DNA of 64,000 bases from Vicugna vicugna (taxonomy: Eukaryota). Shown piece after piece: positions 12,791 through 24,689 of this stretch (positions are counted from its first letter, which is position 1; each line of letters opens with the position of its first letter). A model generated the notes under the pieces. It was not told the DNA's origin. It made no database searches and worked only from the letters and a program-made list of their open reading frames with translations. Location of the stretch: assembly GCA_013265495.1 (NCBI GenBank), contig MU061579.1, positions 6,610,124 to 6,674,123 on the forward strand, in the 5' to 3' direction. Both the position numbers and the translations under genes were made by a program.

Positions 12791-13959
12791 TTGGTTCTTC
12801 CACTCATTGCCTTTCTCCTACCTCAAGTATATACACACATATATAGATTGAAATCATATGTAGATGAGCAGACCAAATAGTCACAGCATTCTCTGAAGGC
12901 AAAGAGATGAATACAGATTATAAAGCACAAATGCTATGAAAGTAGAGACATTTATTCAATATGCCAAATCTGATTCTGAATGTTGAAAAAGAAAAAGCCT
13001 TGGTTACTAATCAGAAAGACCATGTTTTTATCACACTCTGTCGCTAGTTAGTGGCTTAAGAAAAATAATTTCATGTCATCATTTTTTTTTGTTTTTATTT
13101 TTAAAGCTGAGGAGTTGAATTAGATTATTTCAAGGTCTCGTCTAAGTCAGATTTTATAATTCTCCTCTGTGAAGGTCTTTTGACCTAGAAAAATGAGAAA
13201 AGATCAGATCTAAGATAACAATATAGGGTTCATGTTTTAGGATAGGTAATTTTACACATAGGTTCTGTTGCAATAATACTGCTCTGCTTTTAAAGGCCTT
13301 ATATTCTCTGAAATATGTACATCTAATTTAATTATTTAAGTTCAGAATTGGGGTTTTCACAATAAATAAAATCTACCTGTACATCCATTTTGAATCTTTA
13401 TACAAAAGATTTCTAAGTGAAATGTTAGTGCAGCCTTTAATTAAAGCAGTCTTCACAAATCTTTCAATGAGTAACATTTACAAGACTTTAAAAAGAGTTA
13501 GATAGCATCAGAGTACTTCACAAATTCATAGAAATGCTTAAATTGCAGTTTTTGATTTTGTTATGACAGTCCAATAAAATTGAATAATGGCTTCTCAGGG
13601 AATAAGAGTGGAATAAGCACACACGTATTTTATGAACACCATTTATACAGACTGCTGTGAACATTTTTTCAGTGAATGAGCTTTTTTAAAGTGAGCTAAA
13701 ACTTTCAGTTACATTTATTTATTTGCTGGTGTATAGTAAGCCATTTTCTATTTGTTAAATCAACATATACATAATGTTTTATTTACTAAGTAGTGTCTGA
13801 ATAGTTATTTAGAATTAAACGTGGTGTCATGGGGAGAAGGTCATTGTTTCTCTGCACTTAACCATATATGGGGGAACCTGGAGGAAGCGATCAGAAATCC
13901 TTTTTAGAAAAAGGGACTTTTAAGTCAGCCCAGAAAAAGGTGTTTCTACCAAAAATGTT

Positions 13960-14160
13960 AATACCAAAGAGCAAAACTTCACCTCCCTGCCAAAAGATAA
14001 GTAAACTCATGAGGAAACAATGAATACGAATCATCACAAACAAAAATCACAAGAACAATTCTCAAATAGCGCAGATGTTAGAATTATCAAAAACACAGAA
14101 ATTCAAGTAAGTATGTTTAATAGACTGGAAGAAATAAGAAAGGCGGCAGAAAAAGTTCAA
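13960..14160 (+). mobile_element. Old L1 ORF1-proximal fragment
   Basis: cagatgttagaattatcaaa...taagtatgtttaata...aagaaataaga, typical of the start of L1M ORF1. Confidence 0.45.
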
Positions 14161-14424
14161 GGTGTCCTCTAAATTCCCATTTTAACATAAGGTCTAATGT
14201 CCTTCTTGGACACGGGCAGGCATAGGCCAAAAGTGCCAACTGGGGAGCTGAGGGGGGAGGTGGATATAAGATGTGAGGCACCTGACTATTTTCCAGGGCT
14301 ACGGTAAAGGTTTAGCAGCTGACACCTTGCTATGGATTCAGACAGAAGTCATCCAATCAAAGTTCTAGCACTTTCTGTCCTTAAGACCATAGACAAATCT
14401 CTGAACTTAGATCTGACATTGTTT

Positions 14425-15290
14425 TCTTTCTATAACTTTTGATTGTATATGTCATATACACAGAGGAACATACGAAATGTAAATGAACATTCATTTAAAC
14501 ATTCCGATATTAAGATACAGTAGTACCTTGAAAGCTCTGTTCTCGGTCTCTCCTACCTAATCATCTCCCTATCTCCAGCTTTTAATCACTCTCCCTCAGA
14601 ATGACCTCCATCCTAAATTTTGTAATAATCATAACTTTGTTTTCATTATACTTTACTTTTACCAACTATGCAGAGATCCGTAAACAATAAATGTTTCTTT
14701 TCCTTTACTTATTCATTCAGTAAACACGAACATAACACACATTCTTATGTGATTTACTATTTTTACTTCATAAAAATGATGTGAAATTCATATGTAAATT
14801 AAGTAGCTGTAGCTTTATTTTCACTAGTGTATATTACACGGTAGGAATATATCATAATATATTTATACAATACGTATTTGGTGAACACTTGAGTTGTCTT
14901 CAGAATTTTTGCTATGACCATTTTTGCAATATACATCTTACAGAAAACATCATGGAATGGAATTTCTGGATCAATATTACTGGATAATATCAAATTGCGT
15001 TTACAAGTGATTTTACTAATGTACTCTCCCAAGCAGAGCACAAGAGTCTCCTTCATTCAACATGCATCTCAGCACTCAGGATGGTCAGAAATTTTACTTT
15101 TTGCCAATATGAACTTTGTATTTTTATTTCTCATTGTGTTTTAATTTTTATTTCTGTAACTACTGTTAAAATAAATTATTTTCATATATGTATTGGCCAA
15201 TTGTATATTCTCTTTCATAAAGTTCTGTTCTATCTTCTGCTCTTTTCCTCTTAGGCTGTTTTACTTTATATTATGATTTCTTAAAAAATA
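14425..15290 (-). mobile_element. Ancient L1ME-type 3' region
   Basis: T-rich antisense L1 motifs: acacttgagttgtcttcag, aatttctggatc, ttttactaatgtactctccc, ttttgccaat. Confidence 0.65.
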
Positions 15291-15318
15291 AATACAAATA
15301 TAAAACTAAACTTAAACA

Positions 15319-15682
15319 TTGGCTTAGTCCATTTAAAGTGCTATAACAAAATAGCATAGACTGAGTGGATTATAAACAAAGAAATTTATTTCTCAAAGTT
15401 CTGGAGGCTAGAAAAGTCCAAGATCAAGATGCTAGCAGTATTGGTGTCTGGTGAACACTTGCTTCTTGGTTCATAAATTATCTTCTCGCTGTGTCTTCAT
15501 ATGGTAGAAGGCACAAGGAACTTCACTGAAATCTCGTTTATAATGGCACTAATCTCGTTAATGAGGGCTCCACCCTCAGGACCTAATCACCTTCTAAAAG
15601 CTCCACCTCCAAATACCATCACCCTGTGGATTAGGATTCTATATATGAATCTAGGAGAGAAACAAATATTCAGTCTATAGCA
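15319..15682 (-). mobile_element. MLT1A-type MaLR solo LTR
   Basis: cttagtccattt...gctataacaaaatagcatagactg...gttctggaggctagaaaagtccaagatcaag...gagggctccaccctcaggacctaatcacct...aatattcagtctatagca. Confidence 0.9.
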
Positions 15683-15774
15683 AACACAAACATAGACATA
15701 AATATAAACTAAACATGCAAATATATATATACACATTCTAGATAATAGTCCTTTGTCAGTCCATCAGAAAAATG

Positions 15775-17325
15775 TAGGAATAATAAACCTATGCATGCAT
15801 GGTCAATGACTCTATAACAAAGGAGGCAAAATACACAATGGGGAAAAGATGGTCTCTTCAATAAATAATGTTGGAAAAACTGGATAGTTACATGAAAAAG
15901 TACAAAACTAGACCACTTTCTTACACCATATATAAAAATTAATTCCAAGTGGATTAAAGATTTAAATATAAGATCTGAAACCACAAAAATCCTAGGACCT
16001 AGGCAATACACTCTTGGACATTGGTCTTAGCAATATTTTTTTGAACCTGTCTCCTCAGGCAAAGGAAATAAAAGCAAAAATAAACAAATGGGACTATATC
16101 AGACTAAAACACTTTTTGCACAGTGAAAGAAACTATCAACAAAACAAAAAGGCTGTCTACTGAATGGGAGAAGATATTTGTAAATTGTATAACTGATGAG
16201 GGGTTAATACCAAAAATATACAAGGAACTCTTACGACTCAATATCAAAAAAAAAATCTGATTAAGGAATGGGCAGAAAACCTGTATAAATAATTTTCCAA
16301 AGAAGACATAAGAATGCCCTACAGGCACATGAAAAGATGCTCAAAATCACTAATCATCAGAGAAATACAAACCAAAACCACAATAAGATACCACCTCACA
16401 CTTGGCTATTTTGGAAAGGTAAGAAATAACAAGTGTTGGTGAGCATGTGGAGAAAGGGGACTCCTCATTCACTGTTGTTGGGAATATAAACTGGTAAAGC
16501 CACTGTGGAAAACAGAATGGAGGTTCCTCCAAAAGATAAAATAGAACTACCATATGATTCAGTAATTCCACTTCTGTGTATTTAAGTAAAGAAAACAAAA
16601 CATTAATTTGCAAAGATGCACACATCATACTGTTCACTGCAGTGTTATTTACAATAGCCAAGATATGGAATAAGCCTAAGTGACCATCAATAGACGAACA
16701 GGTATAGATGTGGTGTTACTCAGCCATAGAAAAAGAATGAAATGCCATTTGAGACAACATGGATGGACAACATAGAAGGTATCACACTAAGTGAAATAAG
16801 TCAGACAGAGAAAGACAAATACCATTCAATCTCACTTATAATGTGAAATCAAAAATACAGAACAAATGAACAAACGTAATAAAACAGAAGCAGACTTATG
16901 GATACAGAGAACAAACTGGTGGTTCACGGGGAAGGTAGTGGGAGTGTGTGAAACAGGTTAAGGAGATTAAGAGGTAGAAACTTTCAGTTATAAAATAAAG
17001 AACTATTCTGAATCTTGATTCTAGTGGTTGTCAGATGACTCAAGGCATTTGCCAAAACTCATATAACTGCACACCAAGATGAATAAATTTTTTATTAAAT
17101 GTCAATTTTAAAATAATTGTTTAACTGCTCAAAAGAAAATAAGTCACAGGGTTGTAATGCATATCATAGGGAACACAGTGAATAATGTAAAAACTTTGTA
17201 TGTGACAGACGATAACTAGGCTTGTATTGATCCTTTCAAAATGTATAAAAATATCAAACACTGTAGTACACCTAAAGCTAATATATTATTACAAGTAAAT
17301 TTTACTTCAAATAAGTAGATAAATA
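15775..17325 (+). mobile_element. 5'-truncated L1 (ORF2 C-terminus + 3'UTR)
   Basis: ggtctcttcaataaataatgttgg, cacatgaaaagatgctca, gaactaccatatgattcag; 3'UTR gagattaagaggtagaaactttcagttataaaataa...gtcacaggg; A-rich tail; frameshifts and stops. Confidence 0.9.
17001..17135 (+). mobile_element. Old L1MC/MD-type 3' fragment inserted in the L1 3'UTR
   Basis: aactattctgaatcttgattctagtggttg...catttgccaaaactcatataactgcacacc; flanked by aaaataa at 16992-16998 and 17136-17142. Confidence 0.6.
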
Positions 17326-17349
17326 AATAGTGAAAGAAAAAATACGGGG

Positions 17350-18260
17350 ACATGTTTAGAATTGCATTGACTCTATAGATGAATTTGTGAAAAATTAACC
17401 TCTTCATGTTGAATGTTTGAAAACATGAATATGATTTTTTTCCAAGATACTTCATATTTTTATAATACTATAACTAGTATATTTTAAGATTTAATTTTCT
17501 AACTTCCTACTGTTGTTATAGAGAATACAATATATTTGTTATTTTTTTATCCAGTTACCTTGCTGAACTCTTTTATTAATTCTAACATTTCTGTAGATTC
17601 CCTTTGGCATTTTCTACGAACAAAATCTATGAATAGACATTTTTCAAATTTTTAATCTTTGGTTTTTCAAGTTTCTTTTCTTCTCTTTTTCTCTCTAACT
17701 GTACTAGATAGGAACTCTAGTCAATGCTGGGAGGAATTTATATTATCAGGCTTCCTTGTTTCTTATCTCAAATCGTACGTTCCAAATTTCACTGTTAAAT
17801 ATGATGTTTGCTATATTTTTTGTAGACATTCGTTACCTGGTTAAGAGAAGTCCTTTCTCTTCCCACACTTACTTGTTTTTAATCATGAATGCGTGCTGAC
17901 TTTTATCAAACTTTTGCATCTATCCAGAGGGACAAATGATTTTTCTGTCTTCATCTACTAATGTATCTAGCATTCTTTGGAAAAATCCACCTTGATAATA
18001 ATGGAAATCTTTTTTAAAAATTCATTACCGAAGTTTTGTGTATTAATATTTCACTTGAGATTTTGCATCTTTTTCATGAAACATGTTAGCCTATTTTTTT
18101 TCCATTTTCCTTTTTAATACTGATCGTGTCAGGTTTATTATCAAGTTTGTGCTATCCTCATAAAATAAGTTGTATTTTAGTGTCTTTAAACAAAAGAAAT
18201 CATGTATAGCAACATTAATAGCTTCATAAAATAAATAGTTGAATGTGTCTACTCTTTGTA
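17350..18260 (-). mobile_element. Ancient L1ME-type ORF2 remnant (probable continuation of 14425-15290)
   Basis: gaattgcattgactctatagatgaattt, ccagttaccttgctgaactc, ttttgcatctat, gctatcctcataaaataagttg. Confidence 0.65.
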
Positions 18261-18267
18261 TACTCTT

Positions 18268-18610
18268 TCATTCATTTAACAAATATTTATTGAAAACCTA
18301 CTGTGTATCAGGTATTCTCCTAGATATTGGAGACACAGTGATGACCATGATAGACAAAACTCTTTGTCTTTAGGGAGCTCATATTCTAGTAAGATGGGAC
18401 AGAAAATAATCAAATAAGTAAAATACATAATTTGGCAGATACTGATAATAATATGAACAATACAAAGCAAGGAAGGAAAGGAAATAGAACATTTTGGAGA
18501 GGGGAAGAGGTCACAATTTTAAATTGGAATTAACAGATAGGACCTCTGTGAAGGTAACCTTTGTGAAAAGACCCAAAGGACGTAACGGTGGATACTCAGT
18601 GACTATTTCC
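18268..18610 (-). mobile_element. L2a 3' end
   Basis: tcattcatttaacaaatatttattgaaaacctactgtgtatcaggtattctcctagatattggagacacag...ggagctcatattctag. Confidence 0.8.
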
Positions 18611-20764
18611 ATGAGCAAGACTTCATCTTCCCACCCTTCAGTGATATATTTGTGCTTTATATAATCCATGTATATTAATCTTGGCACCCACCTTACCCTA
18701 CCTCACTAGAATCTTCCCCCTGTACCCCAAACATTGTATCTGTGTACTTTTTCTGAGAAGCTAAGTAAAGTTTTCACACTTAGCTTATAAAGTAGCCAAA
18801 GCACATTTTAAAAACTTGAAACCTTTCATAATAGTTTTTCTAATAAAAAAAGTATGAGTTACTTCTTCAGCTGATATAAAATTCCATGAAATATCTAGTG
18901 AGATATACAGTCTTCATCAGCTATAGATTTTGGTATTTATTCTTGTGGTCTTAAAGAAGGAAACCAAATACATTTCATATTCTCTGGATTCAGTGTTTAT
19001 GAAGTATTGACATTTAATTCTTGCCCTAAATGGTCTGGAGAAGTCAGATATTAAGATGAGCTGGTGCCCACACAGCCAAAGTTTTATGCATTACCAAACA
19101 TTCAAAATATGTCTCTGGCCATAAAGCTGGCCCATATGCTTAAAATTCTATTACCCCAACAGGTCTTGCCAAGACTTTTTAGATGTAGGTAGGAAAAGAA
19201 AATATAAGAAATATACAATATATACATACTTTAAGATCTTGAAAATGACTGGTTTAAATTTGTTCTTTCAAGAGATCATTTTTTTTTTAGATTTTTCTCA
19301 GTTTTAGGCTAAGTGGCCAAGCACATATGTCATTTCCCATTTCAATCTTGAGAAGGAAATGTTAATCTAAGTGTATTTCTCCAGTGATGAACTTTTAGGG
19401 CATCTGTCTGAGATCAGAGATTACTAACACATTACAAGACTGCCAACTGAACTGTGCTGGAGAAATGTCTTCTCTTCTTGTTAAATATGTTTGGAAAGGG
19501 ATCTTGAATGGAAAATCTCTGTGCACACAAAAGTATTTATTCAAATTAATAGGATCTGCTTATGGTGGTTGTGACAGTGCCAAAGGAAAGGCAAATAATA
19601 AAACAAAAATTTTCCCTTGCTCCTATTTGATATATTTCTTAGAGAAACAAACAAAAAAAGACTGAGAACAAATAGGACAAAATGTTAGCAGTTGCTAATT
19701 TAGAACAGAAGAGAATAATATGATGTTTCATTTTTTAGTATTATTCTCTTTTTCAATTTATCAAGATAAATTTTTAAAGGCAGTAAACGTCTGAAGGAAG
19801 AATAGCCGGGCATATGGGTATGGTTGAAAAATGGCTTCCCAGTGAAAAAGAAGAGTGTGCGTTCTCAAAACTTGCCTGCTCCTAGCAGCTGCCTAAATCT
19901 GCTCAGAGGCAATGCCCTTGGGTATCATTTGCAGAACTGTTTTAAATACACCCATCATTAGGGAACCAGTTCACAGAGGTGACAGCAGAAGGGAAATCAT
20001 CGCTCCGTGCTCTCATGTCCTGGATCTCTTCAAATAGAAGAGGTCAGCTTCAGGTCCCTTTGATGACAGCCTCACCACTTCATCAGATGTGAGCTGCATT
20101 TCTGAATGATGCTGAGGGGAAAATACAGCATCAATCTGCCAAGTATGACCCTGATCTTTCCTCTAAGGAGTTTTCTTTGGATGATACATGGCTCCACAGA
20201 TTGCCTTGAATTTAACGTAAACAAGGTACAGAATGGTTGTCTAAGAAAAAATAATATTACGTGGTGGGCCAAGCATATTCTATGTATTTCCTTCTCCAGG
20301 AATTCTAGTGTATTTCTTAAATGTTACATTGATATCCCCTCATTTTAACAAATGAAATAAATATATTCACAGTTTTACTTTATAGCAACTAGTAAGATTT
20401 TGTGCTATAACAAAATCCAATCACATTTCTTTTATTTTTCATTTTGGAGTTGAATTAGTAGATTTGTAGTAACTGATTAAATAAAAGGTTTCAGGACACC
20501 TGTGATTTTTTTTTCTGTTGCCTTCCTAGGTTTTTGGAGAGGAAATCTATCTGTAAGTTAGGCATTCTTAGTTTTATCAGCACCTTGCTGAAACTTGCTG
20601 CCAAAGACCTCTGCCATATGGATGAGAGGGCTGATAGATAATTCTTTTCAGCATAGTAGTGGAAACACTGTAGTTTATTGCTTAAGGACATTCAAAATAT
20701 ATATTTAACAGCAATTGCTTATATTTTCTTGAGGTGTTTATGTTAAGAGTCCTAAGTCGGTAAG

Positions 20765-20862
20765 TAGATAGCTTGATTGATGATAGATCGATAGATTGAT
20801 CAATAGATTAGTTACATAGATAGATGGTAGATAAATATATAGATGATAGATACATAGATGAT

Positions 20863-20897
<35 letters not shown>
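20765..20897. repeat. Compound (GATA)n/(GACA)n microsatellite
   Basis: Degenerate gata array ending in a perfect gaca run. Confidence 0.9.
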
Positions 20898-21479
20898 TGG
20901 AGCTCCTCTATTACCTAAATACACTTGATTTATAAAATTTGGTTTACAGATTTGTTCTATGAAGATATCCATTTCATAAGACAAGAAAGAATGTGTACCA
21001 AATGTGTTTTCTGCTTTCGCCACTCTTACGTCTTCAGCAGGAAGCAGTCCTACAGAGAACCAATACTTTATTTCAGGGATAGCCTTTTAGGAATATTAAC
21101 AAGTTAGGACATGACATTCCAACAAAGATAATTAACACCTTTACTCAACTCTGAGATTGTTCTGTAGAAGAGAAAAATAACACGACATTGTGTGAGCTGA
21201 CAGAATTTAATTCCAAAATGATGTTAGGTTTGTTCAGGAAGATATAACTTTATTCAAAGCTCTCTTTCATTGGTTTTTGCCATGCTTATATAGTACTCTG
21301 GGTTGAAATATTGTAATACTCAAACAAATCCTTTACTTTAGAAATTTCCTCCTTTTCCCAGTGTTGAATACACCAGATCCTGATTATATGATGCTTTTTG
21401 CCCTTCTCTCTTCTACACATTGTTTAGTAAAATCACTGATCATATTCACATCTAGCTCATTAATTTCTTAGCGTGTATT

Positions 21480-22695
21480 TTTGCTAATTGTTTTTCAGTA
21501 ACAAGGAAAGTGCTGAATGACTTCCAAATTTCTCTGAGACTGTTCCAAGCATTTCCCATCCATTCACCAAATTCATCCTCAATTTCACAATGAAAAGATT
21601 GATATTAAAAGAAATGACTTCCTTATTAATATTTCCCAAATTACAACCTCATGAAGATACTGATTATATTGACACTGATATAAATGGAAGGCCAGAGAGT
21701 AAGGAAGCAAGGCATTGTCAGGCAGATCAGAACAGAGACTCATCTGGACTAATACTGGGCTCATCTGCATGCAATTTTGCAGACATAAGATTAGCAAAGA
21801 GTTATATGAGATACTCTTAGAAAAATTCATAAGATAATATGTCAAATCCACCTGTAGAAGGATTAAAAAGTCAGGTAGAGGATAAAGCAGCACCAAAATG
21901 GAAAAATATGCATCATCAAGCAAAGTCAGTTCAGTTCTCAAACTTGCAAGTTATTCAACAGTGGTTTGTTCATCTTTTGTGCATTCGTTTCTTCCTTTAT
22001 CATTTATTCATTTGAACACTAGCTGAGAGTGTACTATGTACAAACCCATGTCCTAGAAAATGTCAGAAATACTAATAGGGGAGGACATTTTTTTTTTCTG
22101 CATCAATCTCTTAATTGCAAAATTAGGAATTAATTTGTTGATCTGGTGGGGAATATTGCCCTTAGCTACTGTGAGAATCTATGAGGCAAAATAGACTTTA
22201 ATCAAGTAAATTGACCTTTGTTAATGTAGATAGTTAATTACCTGTACTTTCTGATGAGATGCCATATAATAAAATGGTCTCATGAGAAAAAGATACCAGG
22301 AATATGTTGTCTGCCAATTGTACCACCTGGCAATGCCCTACACTGTTTATGAGCAGAGCATGTGTTATTATTGTCTGAAGTTTTATTTTTAACTTTCCTT
22401 CTTTGCAAAGCACATGATGAGACCCAGGGGAAAAAGTTCTGATCTCCAGTGGAATAGATGGAGGAACAAAGACTTTCTCTGAGATTTGAAGTCTGTTGTG
22501 AATAAGTGAGACTTTTAGATGCTGAAATATCCTGACTCTTCTGACTGAGGAACGGGTAGGCCCGTTCCTCCCTATTGATTTTAGGGAAATGAGACCAGCT
22601 ATTTGCCAGCAGGTTCTGGACACAGTCCATCCCAGAGGCAGAGGTCTGGACTGGATGACCTCTCAAGGTCCTTCCCGACTCTGTGATCTGATGCC
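21480..22695 (+). mobile_element. Ancient CR1/L3 LINE remnant (RT region to 3' end), interrupted by L2 and MIR fragments
   Basis: 3' end gaggcagaggtctggactggatgacctctcaaggtccttcccgactctgtgatct resembles the L3 terminus; upstream peptides VTRKV..LFQAF, ING..GLIL and NFADIRL are collinear with CR1 RT motifs. The 3' part is well supported, the 5' extent is inferred. Confidence 0.55.
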
Positions 22696-23654
22696 ATGGA
22701 TTAAAACTTAGTGTCCTATTCTAAGACAAGAAATTAAATATTTATAGATAAAGTTTTCATCTAATGATCTTGTTTCCTTTTATATTTAATTCTAGCAGTT
22801 GATTTGAGAAAGCCTAAAGGTTCTATTCAAAATTTTATGAATCCCTAGGCCCACCAGGTTGTTAACTGGATGGTGTATTACTATAAAGGAAGTGAGAAAT
22901 GCCTGGCATAATTGTATAACGTTTGTTTTCTCTGCTCTGTGGGAATTCTCAGGGGTTTCATTAGCAGATGGTTACTGAAAGCAGGCATCCTGGAGTCTGG
23001 ACTGGTGAATATCATTCTTCTTAATTATTCAGCAACTAGCCTGCACAGGTCAGGCCTAAAACACAGATACCAAATTCAGAGCATCCTGGACAATGAATTG
23101 CCTTACCTAGAGTTAGGTTTCTATTCTCTTCAATTAAGTAATGCTAGGGGTGCATAACACTAATTCATCAAAGACGCCGAGTGTTATTTACTTGTGAGTT
23201 ACCATTAGGTTAGATTTATAAACTGTATCACTTTCAAAAGCCATCTAGTCACCATTTCTATACTTAACTCCATGAATATACTAAAAAGCTAAACTGAGGC
23301 ATTTCTCCAAAAGTAACTTTTAGAGAAAGATTCTTCTGCTAGAGTTGATGAGATGAGTGATTAAATAAACAATATAAAGCAACAAGTAAATAGTAGCTAT
23401 CATAGTAAGCCTGTTGGTGATATCCTAAACCCTGGAATTCATCTAAATTGCTGGGTTTGCTAGACCTCCAGTCCTATCCCAACTTAATCAAGATCATTCT
23501 GCCTTTGGTCACATTCTAATTCTAACACTTTACATATAAGAAAATGACATAATAATTCTGTAAATAATATCAGTCATGTGTTGGTCGAAGTTGAAACTTG
23601 GTGATAGTTACATAACAGCTCATTAATCTGTTGATTCTTTTTGTATTTTAAAAA

Positions 23655-24135
23655 TATATTTATACAATGGAATACAATACAGCCATAAAAATGAAAAATA
23701 ATGCCATCTGCAGCAACATGGATGGCCCTGGAGAATGTCATTCTAAATGAAGTAAGCCAGAAAGAGAAAGAAAAATACCATATGATATCACTCATATGCA
23801 GAACCTAAAAAAAAAGACAAATGAACTTATTTATAAAGCAGAAACAGACTCACAGACATTAAAAACAAACTTATGGTTACCAGGGGGGAAGAGGATGGGA
23901 AAGGATAAATTGGGAGTTTGAGATCTGCAGATACTGACCAGTATATATAAAATAAATAAACAAGTTTATACTGTATAGCACAGGCAACTATATTCAATAT
24001 CTTGTAGTAGCTTACAGTGAAAAAGAATATGAAAACAAATATATGTATATTCTTGTATGACTGAAGCATTATGCTGTACACCAGAAATTGACATATTGTA
24101 AAGTGACTATACTTCAATTAAAAAAAGTTAAAAAA
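23655..24135 (+). mobile_element. Relatively young, 5'-truncated L1 3' end (artiodactyl/camelid type)
   Basis: aatggaatac...gcagcaacatggatggccctggag...gaaacagactcacagacat...gataaattgggagtttgagat...gctgtacaccagaaattgaca...gactatacttcaatt + A tail. Confidence 0.9.
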
Positions 24136-24298
24136 ATTTTTTAATTTTTTCTATTATAAGTAAAGAAAAAGATTTAAAATTTGTAATAGTTGTGCCATAA
24201 ATATATAAAATAGAAAATAATAAATGTAAAAAGTAGTAAATAATTGTTGTGAATATTGAATATCTAATCCAGGACTCAGCTGTCATGCTAGATAATGA

Positions 24299-24415
24299 CA
24301 ACTTGATAATGCTTTGTTTCTGGAGTTTTATCATATTGATGTTAAAGCTGAAGTGGATTTCCAATTGATAGAGCACACTGCAGCCCCAAATTCCTGAGCT
24401 CAAGGGATCCAGCTC
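24299..24415 (-). pseudogene. Decayed 7SL (SRP RNA) retropseudogene fragment
   Basis: catattgatg...agcacactgcagccccaaattcctgagctcaagggatcc is collinear with reverse-complement 7SL catattgatgccgaacttagtgcggacacccgatcggcatagcgcactacagcccagaactcctgggctcaagcgatcc; many differences are CpG transitions. Confidence 0.75.
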
Positions 24416-24689
24416 TTAACAGTTTCCATTGTGGCAAACAACTGTACCACCACCAATTTTACCCATGTTAATCTGACTGCACCAACTGTCCTCCTTGAAA
24501 CAAAGTAGCAATCAACTTGATAATGTATCCTTATATTGAATTTTCCTTCTCCCCTTCCTCATTCCTGTTACTCTCTACTCATGCTCTTTGAGATTAACTC
24601 CCTAATAAAGGGTAGTACACAAGAATTACTTCAGGCATTTCAGACTCCATTCATAACTCTGTTGGAAATTCATAACTCTGTTGGAAATT

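Noticed and set aside
21585..22666. Overlapping 118-129 aa minus-strand ORFs and the 76 aa plus-strand ORF as genes
   Set aside because: No recognisable cellular protein; they overlap the CR1/L3 relic.
24361..24415. Primate Alu or human contamination
   Set aside because: The match extends into the 7SL S-domain absent from Alu, and it is highly decayed.
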